From an uncultured Pseudobdellovibrionaceae bacterium (GTDB lineage: Bacteria; Bdellovibrionota; Bdellovibrionia; Bdellovibrionales; UBA1609): a DNA stretch of 64,000 nucleotides. Made by a program: the position numbers and the translations under genes. The stretch lies in contig CAZVOP010000004.1 of assembly GCA_964628445.1 (NCBI GenBank), forward strand, positions 9,635 through 73,634, written 5' to 3'. Below, piece by piece: positions 45,801-54,755 of this stretch. The notes below the pieces were generated by a model that was not told where the DNA came from, did no database searches, and saw only the letters and a list, made by a program, of their open reading frames with translations. Position 1 is the first letter of the stretch. Each line of letters starts with the position of its first letter.

Positions 45801-48224
45801 ATGAGGAGCAAGTTTCGTCGTTTAAGCAGTCTTGTGGGCTGCGGTCTATGGTTGCAGTCTTTGCTATTCTTGAGTTTGCCGGCCATGGCGAGCGAAGCCG
45901 ATCTGAAAGTTCCAGATTTGAGCTTAGATGTGAATGTTTTCGGCAACGCCGTTTCAGGAACCACTTTATTGTGGGCCGGTATCGGGGTTTGCGTACTGGG
46001 AATGTTGTTCGGGCTTATGGAATTCATGCGCACCAAGAGTTTGCCCGCGCACAAAAAAATGCTCGATGTCTCCTCGTTGATTTACGAAACTTGCAAAACT
46101 TATTTGCTCCAGCAAGGTAAGTTCCTTATTGGTCTGCAGCTGATCATCGGCGTGGCGATGGTTTATTACTTCTACTTCCTACGTGGAATGGAAGCTGGGA
46201 ACGTCGCTCTGATTCTGATGTGGTCGGTCCTTGGTATTCTTGGATCCTACAGTGTCGCTTGGTTCGGTATTCGCATTAACACTTACGCGAATTCACGCAC
46301 CGCTTTTGCATCGCTACGTGGCGGCAACGGCTGGGACATCATGGAAATTCCGCTGCGTGCGGGTATGTCCATCGGTGTCGTTCTGATTTGTACCGAATTG
46401 ATTTTGATGTTGGTGATTTTGCTTTTGATTCCGAGCGAACTCGCCGGATCTTGCTTCATCGGCTTTGCCATCGGTGAATCGCTGGGCGCGAGCGCCTTGC
46501 GTGTGGCCGGCGGTATCTTCACGAAGATCGCGGACATCGGTTCCGATTTGATGAAGATCGTTTTCAATATTAAAGAAGATGACATTCGTAATCCGGGAGT
46601 GATCGCGGATTGCACCGGTGACAACGCCGGCGACTCGGTCGGCCCGACGGCTGATGGTTTCGAAACTTACGGTGTAACGGGCGTTGCTCTTATCTCGTTC
46701 ATTATTTTGGGCGTCGGTATGTCGCTTAACCCTGATGGTGGACATCCGATCTTGAAAGAAGGCGGAACCGCCCTCCAGGCGATGATGATCGTTTGGATTT
46801 TCGTTATGCGTATCTTGATGGTCCTCACTTCGGTGGCCTCTTACTGGATTAACGGAGCTTTGACCCGCGGCCTTTTCAAAGGCAAAGCAAAATTCAATTT
46901 CGAAGCGCCGCTGACGACGCTGGTGTGGCTGACCTCGATTATTTCTATGGTGGTTACGTTCTGGATTTCGCATATGTTGCTCGGACATTTGTCTGACGGC
47001 TTGTGGTGGAAATTGTCGGTCATTATTTCTTGCGGAACCTTGGCCGGTGCTTTGATCCCGGAATTCACTAAAGTTTTCACCAGCGCGCATTCGAAGCACG
47101 TTGAAGAAATCGTGAATGCATCCCGCGAAGGCGGAGCCTCGCTGACTGTATTGAGCGGTCTCGTGGCCGGTAATTTCTCGGCTTTCTGGAAGGGCATCAC
47201 AATCGTCGGCCTGATGACGGTTGCTTACTGGACATCGACTTTGGGTCTTGACGCCTACATGGTGTTCCCCGCGGTTTTCGCGTTCGGTTTGCTCGCTTTC
47301 GGATTCTTAGGCATGGGTCCTGTGACAATCGCGGTCGATTCTTACGGCCCGGTTACGGATAACGCGCAATCGGTTTTCGAGCTTTCGCAGATCGAGCACG
47401 TGGCACCTTCCGAAATCCAACAGCAATTCGGATTCAAACCGGATTTCGAAAAGGGCAAATACTTGCTCGAAGAAAATGATTCCGCCGGTAACACCTTCAA
47501 AGCGACCGCTAAGCCGGTTCTTGTCGGTACCGCCGTGATCGGCGCGACCACGATGATTTTTTCGATCATCTTGCTCTTGAACCTGAAGCTCGATTTGATG
47601 GATCCGCGCGTAATGCTTGGGTTGATCACGGGCGGAGCGGTTGTGTACTGGTTCTGCGGAGCTTCGATGCAAGCGGTAACGACCGGCGCTTATCGCGCGG
47701 TGGAATACATTAAGAAAAATATCCGTTTGGACTCGGCGGAAGCGGCTTCGGTTGAGAAATCAAAAGAAGTTGTGAAAATTTGCACGCAGTATGCGCAAAA
47801 CGGGATGATCAACATCTTCGGTGTGTTGTTCTCGCTGACTTTGGCTTTCGCGTGTTTCGATCCGACGTTCTTTGCCAGCTACTTGATCTCGATTGCGGTC
47901 TTCGGTCTTTACCAGGCTATGTTCATGGCTAATGCCGGCGGCGCTTGGGATAACGCGAAGAAATACGTTGAGGTGGATTTGCGCGAAAAAGGCACGCCGT
48001 TGCATGCGGCGACCGTGGTCGGGGATACCGTTGGTGACCCCTTCAAAGACACCTCGTCGGTGGCTTTGAACCCGATCATCAAATTCACGACCTTGTTCGG
48101 TTTGCTTGCGGTGGAAATCGCCGTTGAAGCTAAAGAGATGGCTCACTATATTGGTGCCGGCCTTTTCGTGATCGGCTTGTTCTTCGTATGGCGCTCCTTC
48201 TACGGAATGCGCATTAAGAACTAA
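45801..48224 (+). CDS. hppA: Membrane-bound H+-translocating pyrophosphatase, K+-independent type
   Basis: GAGGAG RBS. GDNAGDSVGP, GDTVGDPFKDT and AGNTFKATAK are present. The Lys in the GNTxKA position marks K+-insensitive enzymes. 807 aa and polytopic. Confidence 0.93.
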   Translation: MRSKFRRLSSLVGCGLWLQSLLFLSLPAMASEADLKVPDLSLDVNVFGNAVSGTTLLWAGIGVCVLGMLFGLMEFMRTKSLPAHKKMLDVSSLIYETCKTYLLQQGKFLIGLQLIIGVAMVYYFYFLRGMEAGNVALILMWSVLGILGSYSVAWFGIRINTYANSRTAFASLRGGNGWDIMEIPLRAGMSIGVVLICTELILMLVILLLIPSELAGSCFIGFAIGESLGASALRVAGGIFTKIADIGSDLMKIVFNIKEDDIRNPGVIADCTGDNAGDSVGPTADGFETYGVTGVALISFIILGVGMSLNPDGGHPILKEGGTALQAMMIVWIFVMRILMVLTSVASYWINGALTRGLFKGKAKFNFEAPLTTLVWLTSIISMVVTFWISHMLLGHLSDGLWWKLSVIISCGTLAGALIPEFTKVFTSAHSKHVEEIVNASREGGASLTVLSGLVAGNFSAFWKGITIVGLMTVAYWTSTLGLDAYMVFPAVFAFGLLAFGFLGMGPVTIAVDSYGPVTDNAQSVFELSQIEHVAPSEIQQQFGFKPDFEKGKYLLEENDSAGNTFKATAKPVLVGTAVIGATTMIFSIILLLNLKLDLMDPRVMLGLITGGAVVYWFCGASMQAVTTGAYRAVEYIKKNIRLDSAEAASVEKSKEVVKICTQYAQNGMINIFGVLFSLTLAFACFDPTFFASYLISIAVFGLYQAMFMANAGGAWDNAKKYVEVDLREKGTPLHAATVVGDTVGDPFKDTSSVALNPIIKFTTLFGLLAVEIAVEAKEMAHYIGAGLFVIGLFFVWRSFYGMRIKN

Positions 48225-48256
48225 TCGCCGAAGGCGGTGTCTGGTTTGGTTACTCG

Positions 48257-48299
48257 AAACCCCTTAGGCGTTGGACGTTTAAGGGGTTTTGTTCATTTG
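48257..48299 (+). terminator. Rho-independent terminator after hppA
   Basis: AAACCCCTTA (48257-48266) pairs with TAAGGGGTTT (48280-48289) across a 13-nt loop. TGTTCATTT follows. Confidence 0.7.
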
Positions 48300-48322
48300 A
48301 TGCTTATTTTTTTGGAGAGACT

Positions 48323-49924
48323 TTGGCGAGATCACCGTTGTTCCAAAAGCTCAAAACGGCTGTGCGAAAATCTTCCGGTTTTTCCTCGTCAGTTATTTCC
48401 GCATCCCGCCGCGACTTTTTAAAATCGACCGGTTTGGCTGTAGCGACGCTTTCCATTCCCGCAGTCGGCAATAAGCTCCACGACGGAACCGAAGTTGTTA
48501 TTCTTGGCGGGGGTATCTCGGGTCTTGGCGCCGCCGTTCAATTGCAAGAGTGGGATGTGCCTTACCGTTTGTTCGAAGCTTCGAGCCGGCTTGGCGGGCG
48601 CATGCACACTCAAGACGGATTCAATGAAGACGGACAATTTGTCGAGTTGGGCGGCGAGCTTGTCGACAAAAATCACAACATCATGATTCAGTGGGCGAAG
48701 AAGCTCGGTCTTGAACTGGATTACTTGCTTGAAAACCGCGGGCAAAGCGATCTCGATATTATTTACGTGGGCGGGCAGTACTACAACGACGAGCAATTCG
48801 CGCGCGAGCTTTCGCCTTTGATCGCTCATGTGAGAGCTGCGGTCGAAGAAATGCGCCGAGGCCTGCCTCAAGGCGCACAGCTTGGATATTGGCACAGACA
48901 TCATCCGGGCGTTTTAAAGTATGACAACATGACGCTGACCGAGTTCCTGGATTCGATGAACGATGTCGATCCATGGATTAAGGACACGGTGGCCATTGCT
49001 TACCGTGCGGAATTTGGATTGGAAGCCGATCATCTTGGCGCCATCGCCCTTCTGGATATGATCGACGACAATCTGGAGGACGGATTTTCTCTCTTCGGCA
49101 CCAGCGACGAGGCTTACCGGATCCGCGGCGGAAGCAGCCGCTTTATCGAAAAACTTTTTGAGCGCGCATTCCCCAAAGGCCAAAGCGATCCGCAACTTCA
49201 CCTCGAGCACGAGTTGATCGCGATCCGCGAGCGTAAGTCGCAAATTGAGCTCACCTTCAAAGTGGGTGAGGGCACCAAGGTTTACATGGCCGACCGGGTG
49301 ATCTGCACGATTCCGTTCTCCGCACTGCGCGAGGTTCAGGGGATTAGCTCCATGACGGTTTCACCCGTTAAAAAACGGGCGATCATGAATATGAATTACG
49401 GCACGCACAGCAAAATCATGCTGGATTTTAAAGAACGCTTTTGGATGAAGATGGGAAACCGCGCCGTGGGTGGTGCTTACATTTTCACGGATTTGTCTTC
49501 GCAATGTTACTGGGAGACTTCGCGCGCGCAAAAAGGCGGGCATGGGATCCTGACGTCTTTCTTGGCCGGACATAACGGTAAAAACGCCGCTCTTCCGCAA
49601 ATCGAAATAACGTTAAACGACCTCTCCAATATCTATCGTTCTCCGCGTGTGGCCTTGCTTGCCGAGCGACCTGACGGAATAACTTTGCGCTCTTCGATGG
49701 CGAATTGGAGTCAGAGAAAATTCCAAAAAGGTTCTTATTGTTGCCTGACTCCCGGCCAGGTCACCGGCCTATGGGGTGACAATCACACGCCGGAACTTGG
49801 TGGACGCTTAATCTTCGCCGGTGAACACACCAGTCTGGATATGAACGGCTACATGTCGGGCGCCTTAGACTCCGGCATCCGCGCCGCCCGCCAAGCGCGC
49901 AAGTCCGTTTCATTCTGGGTTTAA
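48323..49924 (+). CDS. Flavin-containing amine oxidase with twin-arginine (Tat) signal
   Basis: TTG start with GGAGAG RBS. SRRDFLKSTGLAVATLSIPAV is the Tat signal. VVILGGGISGLGAAVQL...LFEASSRLGGRM and FAGEHTS are the oxidase motifs. Confidence 0.85.
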   Translation: MARSPLFQKLKTAVRKSSGFSSSVISASRRDFLKSTGLAVATLSIPAVGNKLHDGTEVVILGGGISGLGAAVQLQEWDVPYRLFEASSRLGGRMHTQDGFNEDGQFVELGGELVDKNHNIMIQWAKKLGLELDYLLENRGQSDLDIIYVGGQYYNDEQFARELSPLIAHVRAAVEEMRRGLPQGAQLGYWHRHHPGVLKYDNMTLTEFLDSMNDVDPWIKDTVAIAYRAEFGLEADHLGAIALLDMIDDNLEDGFSLFGTSDEAYRIRGGSSRFIEKLFERAFPKGQSDPQLHLEHELIAIRERKSQIELTFKVGEGTKVYMADRVICTIPFSALREVQGISSMTVSPVKKRAIMNMNYGTHSKIMLDFKERFWMKMGNRAVGGAYIFTDLSSQCYWETSRAQKGGHGILTSFLAGHNGKNAALPQIEITLNDLSNIYRSPRVALLAERPDGITLRSSMANWSQRKFQKGSYCCLTPGQVTGLWGDNHTPELGGRLIFAGEHTSLDMNGYMSGALDSGIRAARQARKSVSFWV

Positions 49925-50154
49925 ATTCCTGTCGACGTTCATCTTTGCCGCAATCGAACTTCATGGCGTGCGCGGATTCGCGAGCCTTCCGCCGGCCTCG
50001 GATTCTACCGTGGCGATTTAGCCACGTGAGTGGCGCGTTAGAAAATCGATTCCAGATCCGAAATGGGTCGATGGATTGAAATTTGTGCGCGCGCAAATGC
50101 GTTAAAAAATGCGGGCATGCTTTTCGCAGACTGGCCTCACCGTGGAGGTTCGGA

Positions 50155-51117
50155 ATGCGCAAGCTGGTCGGTCTTATCAGCGCTTCGATTTTGTTTTCGT
50201 CACCCGCGGTATTCGCAGAAGAGTACGCACCTGACTTTGATCTCAATGAAACCCAGGCACTCGCGCTTGAAAATGTAAAAGCGGTTATCGAACACCCCGA
50301 ACAGGCAAGCCGTTACTTGAACAAGATTGCCGAACTTGCTCCCCAGGGGCCGGCGTTTGTTGACGGTGCATTGGAGCTGTTGGTCGATGAGAGTTTGGAT
50401 TGGTCGAAGCTTCGTGAGCCTAAAGATCGTTTGTTGAGTGTCGTCGTCAGGGCCTGTCAGGACCAGAAGGCTTTCAAAAATTTCGAGCGCAGTCGGATCC
50501 GGTATTCGATTCAGGACAAGGCGCGCGACTTACTCGCTAAATTCTCAAGCAACATGCAGAGGCGGGATGCGATTGTTGAAATTTTTAATGCGATGTCTTT
50601 ATGGGGAGTTCCGGATTTGCCGTTCCTCACGGCCCGTTACCAAGAGGGCGACGCACTTCACTTTCGCAAGGCTCTTGCCACTGTAGCCGCCGAAGCAAAG
50701 GCCATCGATTTGCAGGGGTTGACGAAGTTGGTCCGCACCGGCCGCAACGAGCCCAAGATGGTGCCTCAGCGCTGGTTCGCCTACACGCTGATGTTTCGGC
50801 ATGGTCTGTTGTCGCCGGATGAGTATCCCGATTTTTTACGCTATCTGATCGAGCATCATCTCAGCGGTAATTTGGCGGCCGACCCTTTGCTCAAAACGCT
50901 GTTGCGCGAAACCTACTATGACATTCAGTTTAAACTTAAAGCCGGCGATCAGGATTGGAACGCGATTTTTCACACACTGGAGAGAGCGCCCAGTTGGGCC
51001 GGGAGCAATCTTTCGTCCACGGATATTTTGCGCGTGCGGGAATTTCTGAAAATGCTCCGCACTGAAAATTTCAGCGGCGAATGCGTGTCCGTTTTGACTT
51101 TGAAGAAAGTGATCTAG
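50155..51117 (+). CDS. Secreted all-helical hypothetical protein
   Basis: GGAGG lies upstream of ATG 50155. Signal peptide MRKLVGLISASILFSSPAVFA. No domain recognised. The track ORF start at 50083 is unlikely. Confidence 0.6.
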   Translation: MRKLVGLISASILFSSPAVFAEEYAPDFDLNETQALALENVKAVIEHPEQASRYLNKIAELAPQGPAFVDGALELLVDESLDWSKLREPKDRLLSVVVRACQDQKAFKNFERSRIRYSIQDKARDLLAKFSSNMQRRDAIVEIFNAMSLWGVPDLPFLTARYQEGDALHFRKALATVAAEAKAIDLQGLTKLVRTGRNEPKMVPQRWFAYTLMFRHGLLSPDEYPDFLRYLIEHHLSGNLAADPLLKTLLRETYYDIQFKLKAGDQDWNAIFHTLERAPSWAGSNLSSTDILRVREFLKMLRTENFSGECVSVLTLKKVI

Positions 51118-52031
51118 ATCTTGTGACGTTTGCTGAGCTCTTGTTCGTGGCGTTGCGATGAGTTGTGGCCCAGGCGGGCGTGATGGGCGCAGTTCTTTGA
51201 GCAGGTGCCTAATGAAGTTTCCACGCAAGACTTGCAGATCGAGGTTTCGGTTCCGCATTTTTGACAAGCGATGGGTCGATCCGCGGGCTGACCGCAGTGC
51301 GGGCAGAGCTTGAATTGCGCGGTCGGCTGAAGGTGCTGATCGACCGCAACCCGGTAATCAAAAACAAAGCATTCGCCTTCAAAGGCTTGTTCGGGGAATT
51401 TTTCGAGATAGTTTAAGATCCCGCCCTCCAACTGATGCACATTTCGAAAGCCTTGTTCATTCATCTCGAGGATCGCTTTTTCGCAGCGAATCCCGCCGGT
51501 GCAATACATCAGGACTTTGGTTTCTTTATTGAGATTGGCTTTCTTTAAGGCTTCGGGAAATTCACGGAATTCTTTGGTGCGAAAATCCACCGCATTCTTG
51601 AATTTGCCGATGTCGACTTCGTAATCGTTGCGCGTATCCAAAACCAAAACATCGGGGTCTTTTAGTGCCTGGTGCCACTCTTCCGGCGAAAGGTGGTTGT
51701 TCTTGGCCTTCTCGGGTGCAAAGCCGGGTTTACCCAAGGTGACGATTTCGTCTTTGATTTTGATGCGGAAAAAATGAAAGGGATGTTTTGCGGCTTCGGA
51801 ATCTTTAAACTCGATCTCCGTGGTTGCAAAAGCTTCGGTGATTAAGGATTTAATGTGTTCAAGATCGAATCCGGTCCCGCTTAGAGTCGCGTTAATGCCT
51901 TCCGGCCCCAGTAGGCAGAGGCCGCGTAAGCCGGTCTCTTCGGCAATGCGCTCAAGATTCGTCTTTAATGACTGAACCTGCTCCTCGTTTAATCTTTGAA
52001 AGCGATAAAAACTAGTTACGGAAACCGGCAT
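51114..52031 (-). CDS. trhO: Rhodanese-domain tRNA uridine(34) hydroxylase (YceA/TrhO, UPF0176)
   Basis: The N-terminal SFYRF and MYCTGGIRCEKA (rhodanese active-site loop) are present, with a Cys-rich C-terminal zinc-ribbon-like tail. Confidence 0.88.
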   Translation of the reverse strand: MPVSVTSFYRFQRLNEEQVQSLKTNLERIAEETGLRGLCLLGPEGINATLSGTGFDLEHIKSLITEAFATTEIEFKDSEAAKHPFHFFRIKIKDEIVTLGKPGFAPEKAKNNHLSPEEWHQALKDPDVLVLDTRNDYEVDIGKFKNAVDFRTKEFREFPEALKKANLNKETKVLMYCTGGIRCEKAILEMNEQGFRNVHQLEGGILNYLEKFPEQAFEGECFVFDYRVAVDQHLQPTAQFKLCPHCGQPADRPIACQKCGTETSICKSCVETSLGTCSKNCAHHARLGHNSSQRHEQELSKRHKI

Positions 52032-52034
52032 AAG

Positions 52035-52490
52035 TTAATTGCCTTCGGGTTTCCTGAGCATCTTGCGGACTTCGTCGGCGTGTTCCACTTCCGACCTGAC
52101 AAAGGTGCGGGCCATTTCCTCAAGTGCGATGTCGCCTAAGTCGGCGGCCAGGTGAACCAATTTTTTATAAGACAAAATGGCTTCTTCTTCGAACTTCAGG
52201 CTCTCTTCAAGCAGCTGTTGAACGTTGTGCAAGTTGTGCTCTTGAATTTTCGACGAGCCAAGCGGAGGGTGGCCGCCGAGCGAAGTGATTTTTTCGCCGA
52301 TTTCGGTGGCATGATCCATCGACTCGCGTGAATTGGCGCGAAACCAGGCCTGGATGGGAATGCGGTTGTAACCCATGATCATGAATGAATAGTGAAGGTA
52401 GCGGTTCACCCCCGCCATCTCCATTTGGTAAATCTCGGCCAAAAGATCGAGGACTTGCTTATTCTGATAGGTCTTTTCTGACATGCTCAT
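52035..52490 (-). CDS. Ferritin-like protein (Dps/bacterioferritin family)
   Basis: Four-helix pattern: EMAGVNRYLHYS, SMDHATEIGEKITSLGGHP, EEEAILSYKK and SEVEHADEV. Confidence 0.8.
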   Translation of the reverse strand: MSMSEKTYQNKQVLDLLAEIYQMEMAGVNRYLHYSFMIMGYNRIPIQAWFRANSRESMDHATEIGEKITSLGGHPPLGSSKIQEHNLHNVQQLLEESLKFEEEAILSYKKLVHLAADLGDIALEEMARTFVRSEVEHADEVRKMLRKPEGN

Positions 52491-52615
52491 GGCTTGAAAT
52501 CCTACAGGGTCTTCGCGGTTAACGCCATCTCAATTTGATCCCCCGCCACAAATCATAAGCTATTGATTTTACATCGTATTGTTAGACAAAATTATGTTAA
52601 GAAGTATTTTAATGT

Positions 52616-52635
52616 ATTTGAATCGCAATTCAAAT
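52616..52635. promoter_or_regulatory. 20-bp palindrome ATTTGAAT-cgca-ATTCAAAT, candidate TetR operator
   Basis: Perfect 8-bp inverted arms, read directly from the sequence. It lies 43 nt upstream of the preferred TetR start, in the divergent region shared with the ferritin-like gene. Confidence 0.45.
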
Positions 52636-52677
52636 AAACTGTTTTCAGATTTAGACGTGCGCAAAAGGCGGGCAGAA

Positions 52678-53325
52678 ATGGCGATGGCGAAGGGGCCTAA
52701 GAAAAAGCTCGAACTCTCTTCGGAAGAGCTGAAGGCCAAGATTATCGGCGTCGCCGGCAAGCACTTCGCGACTCTTGGTCTTCATGGGACCTCACTTAAA
52801 GATATCGCCGCTGAGGCGCAAGTGGCCGGCTCGCTCATCAATTATCATTTTAAAGACCGCGATGGATTGTTTCGCGCGTGCATCGAGCCTGCGGCCCACG
52901 ACCGCAGCCAAGCGATCGGACGGATATTGGCGGATCCGGCAAGTGCCGAAGAAATGCGCGTACGCATCGAATTGTTCGTGGAAGAGATGCAAAGCTCGAT
53001 TATCTCGAACATCAATTTTTTTGAAATCATGGAACGTGAGATGCGGGCCGGAAATCCGATGGTGCTTAAGTTGTTTGAAGAGACCATGTTAAATTCGTTT
53101 AAACAGGTCATGCAGTTCTTTGGTCGAGCCATCGAAAATAAACTGCTTCAAGATGGACTCGATCCCGTCATTTTAGCGACACTGTTGTTCACCAGCACAT
53201 GCGACTCCGCCCGGAAGAACTACCTGGCGAAACGCTTCTTCTCGGAATCCTTTGAAGATCCGGAATACCGGCGAAAATACGCGCAACATGTGGCGGGACT
53301 TTTTTTGAAAGGGGTAATGCGATGA
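52678..53325 (+). CDS. TetR family transcriptional regulator
   Basis: GLHGTSLKDIAAEAQVAGSLINYHFKDRDGLF is the TetR HTH signature. ATG 52678 (MAMAKGPKKK) is preferred to the track start 52579, which would bury the palindrome in coding sequence. Confidence 0.8.
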   Translation: MAMAKGPKKKLELSSEELKAKIIGVAGKHFATLGLHGTSLKDIAAEAQVAGSLINYHFKDRDGLFRACIEPAAHDRSQAIGRILADPASAEEMRVRIELFVEEMQSSIISNINFFEIMEREMRAGNPMVLKLFEETMLNSFKQVMQFFGRAIENKLLQDGLDPVILATLLFTSTCDSARKNYLAKRFFSESFEDPEYRRKYAQHVAGLFLKGVMR

Positions 53326-54755
53326 GAAGCATTTTAATCGTATTGATCGCGGCAGGCGGGGTGGTCAGCGCCCAAACCAAAAGCAATAATAGTCCTCTTT
53401 CGCTTGAAAGTTATTTGGCGCAGGTGATGACGTTAAATCCGGAAGCGCGCGCGGCCAAAGAGCAAGTGATCAAGGCTGAATTGCGTAAGGATGAGGCTGA
53501 GGTTCCGTTAAGTTCGGAGCTTTACGCCAGCTATAACTTTACCGATGACCGCGATGAGCCGACCAATCCGTTTGCGCCTTCGCGCACCAAAAACAGCGGC
53601 TGGCGCACGGGGGTTCGCGACAAAACCATTTTTGGACTCGGCACCGACTTTTATGTTCAGTCCAATCACACCCAGCTGCTTGGCGTAAATCCAGTCTATA
53701 TTCCCTTAAACGATTATTACGACACTCGCGCGGGCGTGAACCTGACGCAGTCATTATGGAGAAATGCCTTCGGTGAAGGGACCCGCGCTCAATACGCTTT
53801 GCAAAAATCAAAAAGCCGCATTGAAATTTTGCAGACCAAGTTTGATTTAAAAAATATCACATTGCGGGCCGAGAATGCTTACTGGTCGGTCGTGTCGCTC
53901 AATCAAATCGTGAAGCTCCAGGAAGAAAACGTCGACCGGGCAAAAAGGCTCAGCGTTTGGATGAGAAAACGGGTGGCTATGAGACTCGTCGATGACGTCG
54001 ACGGTTTGCAAGTCGATGCCTCGCTCGAGACCAGGGAGCTTGAGCTGCAAGCGTCGTTGGATGAGAGAGCCGGTGCGATTCGCCAATTCAATACTTTGCG
54101 GGGCCGGCAAAGCGACGAGGTCGACACTTTGGCCGACCTTCCCGCGTCGGAAATGATGTTAAAGGCCTCAAACGACCCGACAAAGCGTATGAGCCGCGAG
54201 GATTTCCGCATGATTTATGAGAAGGCGCAAATGGCCGCCCAGGACGCAAGGGGCGCCGCTTCGATGATCGCTCCGCAATTGGATCTCACGGCCGGTGTAG
54301 CCACCAACGGATTGAATAATAGCGGCAACAAAAATACGCAACAAAGTTGGGATGAGCTTCAGCACGGCAACAATCCGACTTGGCAAGTCGGATTGCAGTT
54401 CAGTATACCGCTCGATTACAGTTTAATCGGCAACATGAGCCGCTCTTATAAGGCCGCCAGCAAAGCGGCTGAAAGCCAAAAAGAATTCGCCAATTTCGCC
54501 GAAGAGCGCGCTTGGCACGATCTTGTGCAACAAAAGAGCGAATCGCAGAAAAGGTTTGAGCGCTCGATCAAACTGGAGAAAACGCAAACCGAGCTCGTTA
54601 AACGTGAGCGCCAACGCTTGCTCAATAACCGCACGACGATTTTACAAGCCACCACCTCCGAACAAAATTTGGCGATGGCGCAAATCCAGCGCGTGAAGTC
54701 GCAATTGAGTTTGCTGCAAATCCACAACGTCTTGAAAACTTGGGGAGCCAACTAA
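53322..54755 (+). CDS. TolC-family outer membrane efflux protein (OMF)
   Basis: Signal peptide MRSILIVLIAAGGVVSAQ. A 477-aa two-repeat helical/beta OMF pattern. The start overlaps the TetR stop (ATGA). Confidence 0.85.
   Translation: MRSILIVLIAAGGVVSAQTKSNNSPLSLESYLAQVMTLNPEARAAKEQVIKAELRKDEAEVPLSSELYASYNFTDDRDEPTNPFAPSRTKNSGWRTGVRDKTIFGLGTDFYVQSNHTQLLGVNPVYIPLNDYYDTRAGVNLTQSLWRNAFGEGTRAQYALQKSKSRIEILQTKFDLKNITLRAENAYWSVVSLNQIVKLQEENVDRAKRLSVWMRKRVAMRLVDDVDGLQVDASLETRELELQASLDERAGAIRQFNTLRGRQSDEVDTLADLPASEMMLKASNDPTKRMSREDFRMIYEKAQMAAQDARGAASMIAPQLDLTAGVATNGLNNSGNKNTQQSWDELQHGNNPTWQVGLQFSIPLDYSLIGNMSRSYKAASKAAESQKEFANFAEERAWHDLVQQKSESQKRFERSIKLEKTQTELVKRERQRLLNNRTTILQATTSEQNLAMAQIQRVKSQLSLLQIHNVLKTWGAN

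Noticed and set aside
49761-50246. A 161-aa minus-strand ORF spanning the 230-nt intergenic region after the Tat amine oxidase gene.
   Set aside because: The translation is Arg-rich junk that overlaps both flanking genes, with no RBS. The region more likely holds the promoter of 50155..51117. The small GCCAC-gtga-GTGGC hairpin (50021..50034) and the ATTTG...CAAAT element around GTGCGCGCGC are too weak to call.
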